61,438 nucleotides of DNA, filler included, from 9 parts of 9 records of this genome joined end to end with filler, not necessarily neighbours in it, one strand, 5' to 3'. Positions 24,012-35,314 are shown, counted from the whole stretch's first letter. The notes: generated by a model from the letters alone, not told the origin. Numbers and translations are program-made.

Positions 24012-25027
24012 AGTGCACGGTGGTAGAGAGGCAGTACAGTTGTTGCTGCCAGCGATATTTTCGATTGATGGGAACACCGACGAAGGACGACGACAAGGCC
24101 ACATCGTGTTGTGCAAAGTGTGATGGGCGTTGCATCCAAGAAAACGCTGCGAGCAAACCCTTGCTATTAGGCGCTGAGTAAGCAACTGCTATTACCGCTC
24201 AAACCTTGGTGAATGAAGTGGCATGTACAACTTGATATCCGCATACGGTATACATAGACTACATAATTCAGTCCACAGTCGAGTCGAGTTGCAGTCAGAC
24301 ACAATGACTCCATCTCAAACTCACGGTGGCTCATGCAATATGAGATTCCTGTACTGTGTATCTCAACTGACGGCATTGACGGATATACCACCGTTCGCCT
24401 GACTATCTCCCTTGCTGCTGACAAGAAGAATGTGTATGCGATGGCTGGTGTTGCTGATCACTCCATGACGTTTCCGGCTGCGTTCCAAACTGTCCCAGCG
24501 CCTTTAGTGTGAGAATGCGGCCCACTGAACACTCACAAAAAATTTTCCTGATGCAGTGACTGTGCATGTACCAGTTGAGGTATAGTGCGCTCGCGAGGTT
24601 GGCGTTGGATTGTCATTGTCATCATGTAGCGGGTAGTTATAGATCAAACAGGCTCCGGAGTGTATTAGAAGAGACGAAACACATGATGCACAAGCTCATG
24701 ACGGAAAACAACGCTTGCAACACTGATTGGACTAGGGTTCCAATGATGTTTCTGACACGTGTGCAGACCGACATCGATGAAGTAATCCGTCGCGTCATCA
24801 ATCCTATCCTTGGCAACCTGACGGAGAGCGTTCAAACTGGCTGAGCGTATGTGCATGGTAGCGAACGATGCCCCAGATATTGCCAAAAATTCGTGGCAGT
24901 CTAGTTTCTTGGACTTTAGAACGCGAAAAGAATCTCAATTGCACATCACGACTAGGTTTCACGACTAGGTTTCGGCAACTAGCTTGGAAGGTTCGTCTTT
25001 GAATCGCGCGTCGCGCACCATTGAGCT

Positions 25028-26830
25028 TCATTCCTCAGAAGTCGGTGGTGGTTTTGCGCAACGTGCTGGATTGGGATCTCCAACCCACGGAGTCCACACT
25101 CCTCCAAAATTCTTCGGGTCGGACGCCGGGTCAGGTCGCCCTTTTTCTTGAGTGATATTTTTGTCCACGAAGAGCTGTAGCCGCGCTAGTAGCGTCTGGC
25201 GAAGGGCAGGCTGCAGTTTCGAGAGATCGTTGCGCTCGCTCGGATCCGCCTCCAGATCGAATAGCAGAATGTTAGATGTACTAGCGTAGCTCGAGTTTGG
25301 AAAGGAACAAGGCACAGCTGGGCAATCCACCTCCGGCGGTGGCTCCGGGAGTTTTCCAGACTCTGGTGCTGGAACCCACCCATTTTTGCACACCGCAGCT
25401 GAGGTCTCAACACTGATGTTGTAGGGGTAGCACTTGGGCGCGGTGCACACATTATCATCATGTGGGGTGCAGAAGGTGCCTTTGCTGGCAGGTCCACCTG
25501 CTAGGCCCTTGATTAGCTTGTACTTACCAACACGAATGGCTTGATTCCCTGCCGTCAACTGCAACAGCATTTCGGTACGTGCGGAGGGAGCCGACGCAGA
25601 AATGATGCTAGGCCACGCGTCAAGGCCATCCAGTGGTGGAGTACCATCGGCTGCCACTCCAACCTCCAGCCCAGCAATACCGTGGACGATTGTCGGATAC
25701 CAGTCCGAGACGTGAATCAGCGCACGTGAAACAGCGCCACGCTGGACGGCAGCTAGTCCACCACCAACCCAGCCAACCCCACGCACACCACCTTCGTAGC
25801 TAGTAGCCTTCTGCCCACGCAGCGGCGCGTTCGAGCCGCCTTCGTCGGTTGGGCCTCCATTATCCGTGCTGAAAATAATCACAGTTCTTTCCCAGATACC
25901 GAGCGACTTGTGTAAGTTGGTCATGTTCGCCAAGCTGCTGTCCACTGCCGCCATCATGCCACAGATGATGCGTCGGCCTGGGTACACGATCGGGATCCTA
26001 TCCGCACACTCGCCGTCGATGTACCGCTGTGGGACTTGCAGTGGCCCGTGATTGGACTGGTGAGCAAGGTACGAGAACGTGCTCCGGCCTGGTTCTGCCG
26101 CGACCGAGGTAGCCAGCCATCGCTGTGCTTCGGCCGTCACTATCTCGGTAAAGTACTCACCCTGAAAGCCTCGAGCGGGTGTCGTGTCGTTCCGCAGGTC
26201 CAAATAAGCACCGACCTACAGTGCAACGCGGTCGGCTCAACGGTCAGCCTCTCATGCCAGCGGCGGACGATGAACTACATGCAATCATGGCCACACGATG
26301 CAAACGCATCCCACTCTTCTTCCTACCTTGTGAGTGTAGTAGTCATTGAAGGCATTGTAGAAGCCAAAAAAATGGCCGAAGCCACGGCATGTCGGAGTAC
26401 AGCCCCACGATGTCATCCCCACGTCCCATTTGCCATACGCAGCAGTCGCCCAGCCGGCCGCAGAGAGCCGGTCGCCAATCGTGGCAACAGAGCTCGGCAT
26501 GCACGAAGCGTGACCATCGGTGATTACCTCCCCATTCATCCCAATCGTGTACGGGTATCGACCTGAGAGAAGCGACGTGCGCGTTGGGCTGCAGAGGAAC
26601 GTGACGTAGTACTGCTCCAGGCGCACTCCCTGCGCGGACAACTTGTCGATCGTGGGGGTGAACATCTGGCTGCCGACCGGTTTGCCGTGGTAGCCCACGT
26701 CCGCGAAACCAAGGTCATCAATCAGCATCAGCAAGACGTGACTCGCGGCGTTCTTCACCGGCAACAGCGCTGTTGCGCCAGCAGTGGCACCGGCGAGCAG
26801 CAGACCCAGGAACCGCCCTACCAACCCCAT
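25028..26830 (-). CDS. Secreted/lysosomal formylglycine-type (S1) sulfatase, ARSB/I/J-like, 563 aa, 2 exons
   Basis: Exons 26830-26327 and 26215-25028. Signal peptide; LIDDLG, CSPTRTSLLSGRY, YGKWDVG, STDNGG, SNAPLRGQKATSYEGGVRG, HVSDWYPT, LFDLEADPSERNDL. Confidence 0.93.
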
Positions 26831-27245
26831 CTCCCTGCGCTCTTGGGTCTCCCTGCCGTGTACGCTGCGGCCAGTCGCCGGTGCCGTGTACCGACGACCT
26901 CAATCCTGCGTGCAGCTGGTGGTGGCAGCGCAGGCCTCGACAGTAGTAGACAATTCCACGCGCCCACGCGCGGCGCAGCCTGATGCGCGGTCGTCGCGCG
27001 GTCGCGCGCGCGCGCACGCACGCGCCATGCCATGCCTGCCCAGGCAGGGGCCAGGGGCGCATTACTGTACGGTATAAGGGTATATTCTGCTAGTAGCATG
27101 CAACGCGTGCGAGGACGCGATCGTATCGCTCGCCACGCGCGCCGGCGCCGGCCGGAGGGAGCGCTCTCATTCTACAGTACGAGTACCCCTCTCCCCTGCT
27201 GTCGTAGTACCCGGTACAGTCAAATCTCAAAAGCGCTGCGCATAC

Positions 27246-27287
27246 AGTACCTAGCTAGGATCCTACTAGTAGGAATTCCTAGGTACT
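27246..27287. repeat. Chain of overlapping palindromes in the sulfatase upstream region
   Basis: AGTACCTAGCTAGGATCCTACTAGTAGGAATTCCTAGGTACT contains CCTAGCTAGG, TAGGATCCTA, TCCTACTAGTAGGA, TAGGAATTCCTA, plus outer 9-bp arms. Confidence 0.85.
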
Positions 27288-27430
27288 ACATCTACTAGTA
27301 TGATAGATATTCCGTATTTGAAAAAAGTTACAGCGTTACAAAATGATTTAGGAGTATTCCTGAGATCGACTCAAATATCCATCGTGTTAGGGTAGGACCA
27401 CACCACCCGGCGAGCGCCTCATATGAGCGG

Positions 27431-27530
27431 NNNNNNNNNNNNNNNNNNNNNNNNNNNNNNNNNNNNNNNNNNNNTTAATTAATTAANNNNNNNNNNNNNN
27501 NNNNNNNNNNNNNNNNNNNNNNNNNNNNNN
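27431..27530. other. Artificial contig spacer
   Basis: N44-TTAATTAATTAA-N44. Confidence 0.99.
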
Positions 27531-28580
27531 GCGCCACCACCGCCGCCGCCGCCGCCGCGGCCGCGCCTGCCTGGGGGGGAGCCTCCATCAGCGAGAGAGA
27601 CGCACGTGGAGGAAGGTGCACCTCCAGCCCGTTTCGCGCCCGCCATTCCAGCATATCAGACTCCGACTCGCTGGACGAAGATGGCGGCCTATTCTGTGTG
27701 CCGCCGCCACCGCCGCTGCTGGGGGCTGAAGACAGAGGCCCAGGAGCCACGACGGCAGTCACGTCTACCAGCGCATCATCGATCGCGCTTTGCACGACGT
27801 CTGCCGCCAACAGGGACTCAAGAAAGCGACTGCCGGCCTGGCGGGTGCCAGCCCCGGTCAAATCCCCACTTCCAGCTCGATCACTGCCTTCCTTTATATT
27901 GCCTTGCTGCAAGGCAGACTCTGCCACGATGGCGTGCGCAGAGGAGACAGGGGGAGCAGCCTGAGGGGTCTCCTCGGTTCCCTCCGCGTCTGGCTGCGTC
28001 GGCTGCATCACATTTTCCACGGAGTGCGACAGCACAGCGCGCTGCGCCTCCTTGCTCTGTGGTGATGGTAGCGAGGCGCCAGTGACGGCTGTGCTGCGAA
28101 GCGCAGCAACGATAGCTGCATGCGTAGCGCGTGCAAAGAACGTCTGCGCAAACTGCGCCTCACTGAACACATTGGACACCGGGCGCATGAGCCCCCACCG
28201 CCCGAATAGTGTGCGCCTGGGGCACGGGCAGCCCCCTCGGGCACGGCTAGGTGGCAGAAGCCGTCCTTCCAATTTTGGCACAGCGGTTTCGGCAGAGGCG
28301 GAGGCGGCGAGAATCGTGGAGGAGCGGAGCCCATGCACCTGCCTGCTGGATAGTAGGCAGCCAGCCAGTACGAGTACGTCAGTACAGGCCGTACGTCGAG
28401 AGAGGATAGAGCTGCCCTGCCTGGCCCTGCGCCCTGCTGCTGGGGGCGGCGCTCTGGGTCCTGCTGGGTCCTGCCATTTTTGCTGCTGGACCCGTGTCGA
28501 TCGACGGGCTGTGCGCCGGTCAATTTTACTTGTACAAATTGGGTAACCGAAGTTTCAGGGGATGCAAGATGCGTCGCCAA
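27531..28580 (-). CDS. Hypothetical low-complexity protein, partial
   Basis: Frames 28580-28395 and 28338-27531 join via a GT-AG intron; no ATG start found and no recognisable domain; runs off contig. Confidence 0.3.
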
Positions 28581-28718
28581 AGTCCGAAAATCGATTCACA
28601 GAGCTCCACTTGTCGGAAACACTGAAATTGTGCTGCCAGTCCGCGATTTGCAATCTCGGCGGTCTAAGGACGGTTTGCAATGCTTTCGGCGGTCTAAGGG
28701 ATCCTGAGGAGACTCTGT

Positions 28719-29225
28719 TACCCGCTACTGTACAGCTGTACTCGTACTACGAAGGAACCATATTATTAGACATCAGAGGAAAACACAAAGAGTACTAGTC
28801 TAGTACTAGCTCTAGTACTATGAAATCCCACGCAGCTACGTCCGTACTGTATGTACGACTAGATGGGTAGTACGAGTGCCGGTACAGTACGGTACGGTCT
28901 GCTAGGTCTAGTATCCAACCCACGCACCGCCGCGGGGATTCTTACTGTACAGCTGTACTCGTACCAGTCTAGTACTCGCGCTAGTACTATGAATTCCCAC
29001 GTAGCTACGTCCGTACTGTACGTACGACTAGATGGGTAGTACGCGTACCGGTACAGTACGGTACGGTCTGCCAGGTCTAGTACCAGTACCCAACCCGCGC
29101 ACCGCCGCGGGGGACCTGGGGGGGCTCTGCTACCCGCTACTGTACGGCTGTACTCGTACTACTAGTAGTACTAGATCTGGTACTCTGAACTCCCCTGTAG
29201 CTACGTCCGTACTGTACGTACTACT
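28719..29225. repeat. Degenerate tandem repeat, ~190-220-bp unit, ~2.5 copies, GTAC/CTAG-rich
   Basis: TACTGTAC(A/G)GCTGTACTCGTAC at ~28726, ~28943, ~29138; AGCTACGTCCGTACTGTA three times; GACTAGATGGGTAGTACG...GGTACAGTACGGTACGGTCTGC...GCACCGCCGCGGGG twice. Confidence 0.9.
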
Positions 29226-30743
29226 TGCCGTGGGTTCACCTTCGTTCCGGAGCAGTATCAGGCAGGAGTCTGCAACATTTTCGTGGCGAACTCCACCACC
29301 AGCGTATGGGTCAACGCCAAGCCGCTCACTCATCCACCGGGTGTGACAGGCGAGAAGGGCTGCTATGCGAAGGTGGCAAACTGCAATTCTATGCCCGCTG
29401 CATGCAGCACTTGCTCATACAGCCTGTGCTTTGGCAGAGGAGCCAACTCCACCTTCTGCTCCAGCCCAACTGCCTCAGTCATGCTGTCAGCACCCAACGC
29501 CGCTTGCCCGTCGAATTTTGCCAACGTCTGCAGCGGATGCAACGCATGCACAGACTACCAAGGTTGCCTACCTGATGTGGCTGGGACGCCCGCCACTTTG
29601 GAGCTCATTCCAGGCTGGGTGACCATCGACGATACCAAAAATTGTCCCATCGCCCACGCCGATAAGTATGAAATCAAGATGGTCAACTTTTCTGCGCCCG
29701 ATTTCACGCCAAAACTCGTGAACAAAAACTGGGACTGTGTCCAGTGGTCTCTTCACGAGCAACCCTCTCAGTGCAACGGCACGTGGGCCACCGGTAACAG
29801 CGCGTCGCAGCCCTTCAGCGCGGGGATGCGTGTGCTGGAATGTACTGGGGTCACCCCAGCAGGCAGCAACGTCACCAACTGCACGCTGCTGATGGCCGAC
29901 CAAGCGGCCTCCACGTGCCGCGCCGTGTGTGCTGGCATACCGAGCTCAAGCGCAGCGACGGCTGGCTGCGTCGCGGCTGGCTACCAGTTACCGGACTGGA
30001 GCCCCCCTCAATGCACACTCTACGACAACGTGGCCTTCCCCTCGTTCGCGACGCTGCCGGTCGCCCCGAAAGGGGGCACCTGCGCGACGGACCTCAACGG
30101 CGTGGGCTGCTGCTCGAGCCAACCTCCGGGATCGGTCACGCACTCGGCCACGCCGCACCCGCACTATGAGGCCTGGCCTCCCGTCTGTCTCAAGCCCTGC
30201 GTCTCGCGCATCCAGTACCTGGAGGTCATGCCGCAGGGGAGCGTGCCCTACCCGGCACGCTTCGTGGCCGCCTCCAATCGCTCGATGTACCACCTCCGCG
30301 TCCGCGTCATGAGTACAGCGATCTGAGCCGAGCCCTGACTTGGCTGAGATTTACCTACGTGTTGAGATACCGATACCAATGCTGATGACATTGCGGAGCA
30401 GGTACTGCAGCGAGGTGGCAGCCTGCGACATTTCTGCATGGTGCGTCCCCTGCTGTGTATCGTGCTGCTGTGTTCGGTGTGCCAGTGTGAGCGGATGTCT
30501 GTGTGAGCGCGTTGCTTCTGGCTGACATGGCGTCGTCTCGGCAGTGACGCGAGTGGCGTCCTCGCCCACACCAACTTCTTGGCCTGGTGCCGCGATCTCA
30601 GCACGCCGCTGGCATGCGGTAACTTGACCAGCTCACGCGCGTGCAGCGACATGGGCACCTGCAGTTGGCACGTCCCACACGGCAGCTCTGCAGGGACTTG
30701 CCAGACACGAACTGCGTCCTCTGGCCCACCGTCTGATGGGTAA
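29226..30743 (+). CDS. Cys-rich extracellular-type protein with PAN/apple-like modules, 5'-truncated
   Basis: Exons <=29226-30286, 30402-30440, 30545-30743 join in frame (...NRSMYCSEVAACDISACDASG...). Starts mid-module (CRGFTFVPEQYQAGVCNIF); second module CRAVC...GCVAAGY...QCTLY; many NxS/T sites. Confidence 0.55.
30287..30401 (+). mobile_element. Introner-like intron
   Basis: GTAC at intron start is repeated at next exon start; end arms GTACCACCTCCGC / GCGGAGCAGGTAC match 11/13 as inverted repeats; core GGCTGAGATTTACCTAC at 30342-30358. Confidence 0.55.
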
Positions 30744-30942
30744 GGTCTCGTGTAAACGTAGTTTGTTATGTGATTGTCATGGTCAAGTCGTCGTCGTAAA
30801 GGTTCTTCTTAATAGATGTTTTTTATATACTTTATACATGCGCCCGACTGGCATCAGCCATTCCTGCACTTCACTTGCACACACATTCATTGCCATTCGC
30901 TGCCACTCGCCCACCCACCTTTTTGGTCTCCCGCTGCGCCCT

Positions 30943-33426
30943 CTACGCCCACGTGTAATTGCTTCGGCGGTTTGTGCAGTCAATCTCCACCGTCAATCTC
31001 TCAAATTTCCGCGAGAAGACCAAGCCAGACTCAGTGTAGCGCCCCAGCGGCTCGCCGGCCGCCGCCACCCTGACCACGGCACCATCGCCCGTCAGTATCC
31101 ACCAGGGCCTCGAGTACATTGATCATATGACGCGGAACAGGTAGATCATAATAAGAAGTGACTGAGATTTCCCTGCGATTCTACATTTGTGCGATCCCAT
31201 GATCTCCGCCCGCACCCGTATTTCACCTTCCGAACAGGTCTCTGACCTCCTCCCAGCTGGTGTCGGTGTCAGCCCACCGCGGCCAGCCGCTCCATCCCTC
31301 ATGGTCGTAGCCGAAATGCGATCTCAGGCCCGTGGGTTGGGGGTCCGAGGCCGACTCCCGAGCCAGCAAGAACATCGCGAGCGCGAACCTGTTCGATCAC
31401 CGCGTCGTCAAGCAAGCGTGTGGTGGGGGGGCGGGGGAGCGATCTGTTAATAATGCGGGGCGATGATCACACTCACGGCAGGCTCAAGGTTGACGGCGGT
31501 GACCGCTTGCCGAGGGTGACGGCGGCGGAGGTGGCGGGGGCGACCTGGCGCCGCGGAGCCGCCGCCTTGAGATAGCCAATCTTGAGGCCGAGGCACTCGC
31601 CTGCGCGGAATTGTCCGGCAGCCAGCACAAGAGTGCCGTTGCCTGGCTGCCCAGCGGGCCCACTCGGCTTCCACACGAAGCGCTGCTCGTCGGTGGTCTT
31701 GTCTCCTGTGCTGCACTGGAAGAGCTTGGCAGACGCGTGCGGCGGAATGGCCACGCAGAACTGAGCCGACGCCACCTGGATCCTGCCCTCAGCGGTCAGC
31801 TTCAGCTGGAGCGGGGGGCACGCCGACTTGGACGCGCCCCCTCCCACCTCTAGCTCGGTGCCTGCTCACGTGACGACCGTTTCTCAGAATGGCGTTGGAC
31901 GGGGTGAGGGTCGCGGGGGGCGGTCGCCGCACTCACCGTTGCGGATATCTTCCAGCTGGCAGTTGGGCCAGCTCCCCATCCGCAGTCCCGAGCCCCCCAA
32001 CGCCGCCGAGACAAGCGCGGATCCCTCCTGTGGGCTGCTCCACGCCCACTGGGCGCTAGGAAGGCTGCATGCGATGGCGGGGCACTCCGTGGTGCCGCTC
32101 GGCGGAGGCGGGAGAGGGTCGCAGGTGGACCTGTCGCCCCGGAGCGTTTGCCCCCTCAATTTCTTGACCAGAACGGGCGCGGCATAGGTGGGTCCCAGTC
32201 AAAACGAAGAAGCAACCAAGAAGTGGCCAACGCCGCGCGCACGAGTCCCAGATGCAGCGCTGCGGTGGACAGGCGGGCTGCGACCTGTAGCTGTCACACG
32301 GCGGCGACGGTGGGCGGTGTGGGCTGGGCGACGGCCCCCGCCCCGGTGTTCCCCACGGATAATTGGACGCCGCGGCGATGAACGGCACCCCAAGCTCGGC
32401 CTCCCTGGCCGCGTTGCGGATGGAGTTGGCACAATACAGCGCGTTCGCCGCCACCGTGTGCTGGTCCCCCGGGTGGGCGAAGTACTCGTAAAAGCGCGCC
32501 CAGCCTTTCCGCGCCAGTGAGGAGGTGTTGATCGCCGCAAAGGCTGCGTCCTCCGACACGGGGCATGATTTGGTCTTCATCAGGTACGGGGTGGACGCAG
32601 TGAAGGAGTTCTGGCTCGAGATGATGGCGTGCTTGCCTGCCCGAGCCATCTCCTCTGCGGCCAGCCGCCAGGCCTGGATCGCACCTGCCTGCCATTCCTT
32701 CGCGCTGGGCATCGTCTTGCACGTGTTGTGCGAGCGGCAGGAGTAGTGGCACGCGAACGAGTCACCCTCGTCGAAAAATACACCGTCGACTCCCTGCGCT
32801 CGGGCGAAGTACCCGGCGACCTGCGCCGCAAGGTACTGCCGCGCGGACTCATTGCGGAAGTCCCACATCCGCCCGCCTGGTGTGTCGCCCGAGATAGGTT
32901 TGCCGTCGTCATCGTGCACGTAAAAGCCAGCAAATGCCGGGTCTGACAGGACCTTATGCTGAGCAGAGTACGCGGCGACGATCCCTGCGCATATGACGCC
33001 AGCCGTTGTTGCAGGGCGCAGCGTCATAAATTCTATCAAGGACAGGGCATGTTGGGCGGCGCAGCTGAGTGGAATACGCTCACCCTCGAACTGGCCACAG
33101 TATGCGAAAGTCTTAGTGGCGGGCGATTTTGCCTTGATAGCCGAAAGGATCGTAGCAAGCTTGGCCTCCTCGCCCCCCTGCTGCCCCGGCATCTGATCCT
33201 CACCCCACCCCATGATGACCAGCTGGTAGCTGGACGCGATGAGGAGTTGCCTGGCGTGCTCTTGTTCGATGGTGAAATTCAGCCCCTCGCGCTTAGGACC
33301 GTCCGCCGTGTTGTTCTCCATGAACACCATCGAGGGGAAGGGGCGGGCGGCTACAGTACGGCTCCCGGCAGCAACGGCGCGCAACAGCACCGTCGCCACC
33401 GTTGCAGCGCTAAGCAGCACCGCCAT
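30943..33426 (-). CDS. Secreted GHL15-like putative glycoside hydrolase with internal ricin-B-like module, 650 aa, 6 exons
   Basis: Exons 33426-33084, 32984-32243, 32130-31937, 31861-31477, 31388-31227, 31069-30943 in frame (1953 nt). Signal peptide; MWDFRNESARQY...GVDGVFFDE; FALAMFLLAR...HFGY; GEPLG...VFSRKFERLTVEIDC; ricin-like QWAW, FCV...LFQC...EQRFVW. Confidence 0.7.
31070..31226 (-). mobile_element. Intron carrying introner-like core (antisense to host)
   Basis: Plus-strand AGTGACTGAGATTTCCCTGCGATTCT (31157-31182) is 23/26 identical to 35012-35037; flanked by AGATCAT/ATGATCT inverted repeat. Confidence 0.55.
32131..32242 (-). mobile_element. Intron carrying degenerate introner-like core (sense to host)
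   Basis: GACTGGGACCCACCTATG (32200-32183) with subterminal inverted repeats GCGTT..TTCTTG / CAAGAA..AACGC. Confidence 0.4.
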
Positions 33427-34333
33427 ATGGACTGCGGACGCCGTCCACACCCGCTTAGTATCGTACCATGGGATAGGCCCTGGCTGGCTGGCTATTAAAA
33501 TTCAGCAGGCAGCATGCATGCAGCGGCGGCGGGGAATCCCAGCCAGCGGCCGGCCACAATTCTCGGCCGAGCGCTGGCGCGGCTGGGGGACACAGGGGGG
33601 CGTTACTGCCGGTTGTGGCACCTGCGCGGCAATGTTTCGATGTCCCCATTGGCGGCCCCGATGCCCCCCGGCCTCTCCTGGAGTAGCCCGACATGCCTGT
33701 GCACGCCTGAAATAGCTGCCCCATCGCCGCCGGGCGGCCGCTGGCTATCAATATCGCTGCATGCAGCCATGCAGCCATGCAGTAGGTAGATCGTAGATCT
33801 GGCTGTCAGCAGATCCCTAAGGTACTAAGCGGGTGTGGGCGCGGCGGCAAGCAAAGCAGATCGAATGCTTGCTTTGCTTAGACTTACTAGTGCCGAACCG
33901 GCTGTGATGCCAGCAAAGTAAGTCTAAGTCTAAGTAGTCTGATGCCAAAATTCACTGCTGTTCCGCTGGGCGGACTTCGCTCAGACTAAGCTAGTAGAGA
34001 CGAGCTCGTACGTGTGTGAGACTCCCCTACCCCTACATGTCCATTCCCCTACATCTACGTATCTTCGCGTGGATTGGGTCGCTGTGATGAAGGCATTGCG
34101 TGCACGGCGTGCCAATAGGTGGCGGCGCTGCGCCAGGCGCTCGGATATCGGTGTGAATCAATACAATCGAGTTGTAATTTTACTCGAGCCGGTGCAGCGG
34201 CGCAGTCACAGTCAGGCCCGCCGCAGCGGTAAGGGAGTCGATGACTTCCGGGACGCTCCACGCATCTCTCGGAGGCGGGCGGTGCTGGTGTGGCTGGCTT
34301 GCTTGGCGCCTGCGCCTGCGCCTGCGCCTGCGC

Positions 34334-35088
34334 CTACGCCGGGGGCACGGCTTCGAAGCTGGCCAGGCGGGCCGCGAGCGCCTGCAGCTCGGTCTCCTGC
34401 GCCGCGTGGCACACCACGCAGTGTCATAGTGTCATAGTGTCATGCCGGAGCCCGCTCGCAGCCAGCACGAGAAGCCCGGGGACAGCGGACAGCGTACCTT
34501 CGCTGCCAGCGTGGCGTTGTTTGCCGCTAGCGTGGCGTTGGTTTGCGCTAGCGTGGCGACCTACGCCCCACCGCACAATGTTACCATGCCACGCATCAGA
34601 CCATCCGCCAAGGCACCCAGCGCACGGCACCCAGCGCACCTTCGCGGCCAGAGCGTGCGTATGCTCCGCATCCTTGGCTGCCAACGCCGCCTCATGTTCG
34701 TGATCCTGCCGTGATGCATTTTGTCGATACATCAAGTGAGGCGATGCCAATGATGCCAATACTCGAGTCCGCTCTCAAACAGCGTACCTTCGCCGCTAGC
34801 GTGGCGTTGGTTTCCGCTAGCGTGGCGTCCTGCGCCCCACCGCACACAGTTACCATGACGCACGCACCTCTGGCAAGGCGTGTGCTCTCTGTTTCGCGCA
34901 CCTTCGCCGCCAGCTCCGCCTGCTGGGCTGCCACAACTTCCAACGCCTCGTCCAGGGTCGAGGGCGGCGCCTGGGCGCCCGCTGCGAATAGTTCACGATA
35001 AGAACCGGATCAGTGACTGAGATTCCCCTAAGATTCTGTTCATTTCATGTTCGGTTCTTAGCATGATAAAAGTTTCGTACCCGCTGCG
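34334..35088 (-). CDS. Coiled-coil repeat protein, 3' part (short exons)
   Basis: Exons 34981-34902, 34829-34788, 34705-34640, 34560-34498, 34396-34334 give QQAELAAK/DATLAETNATLAAK/DHEHEAALAAKDAEHTHALAAK/VATLAQTNATLAANNATLAAK/ETELQALAARLASFEAVPPA*; four donors are AAG|GT phase 0. Confidence 0.7.
34982..35080 (-). mobile_element. Introner/MITE-like intron with 9-bp flanking direct repeat
   Basis: CCCGCTGCG at 34978-34986 and 35080-35088; inverted repeats TCACGATAAGAACCG / CGGTTCTTAGCATGA (13/15); core AGTGACTGAGATTCCCCTAAGATTCT; GT-AG boundaries fall in or at the direct repeats. Right repeat abuts the contig end. Confidence 0.6.
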
Positions 35089-35188
35089 NNNNNNNNNNNN
35101 NNNNNNNNNNNNNNNNNNNNNNNNNNNNNNNNTTAATTAATTAANNNNNNNNNNNNNNNNNNNNNNNNNNNNNNNNNNNNNNNNNNNN
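35089..35188. other. Artificial contig spacer
   Basis: N44-TTAATTAATTAA-N44. Confidence 0.99.
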
Positions 35189-35314
35189 GCCTGAGCCTGA
35201 GCCTGAGCCTGAGCCCGAAATAATGGAACGTGCCATGTAACTCGAGTCAATCAAATCGATCCAGTAAAATCAGATGGGTGGAGTCGACGAGGATGAAGTC
35301 GGACAACAACGTTT

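Noticed and set aside
24012-24844. Possible 3' exons of a plus-strand gene
   Set aside because: Could not build a consistent spliced model or recognise a domain.
28719-29225. Possible CRISPR array
   Set aside because: Long degenerate units with no constant repeat/unique spacer pattern, no cas genes, eukaryotic context.
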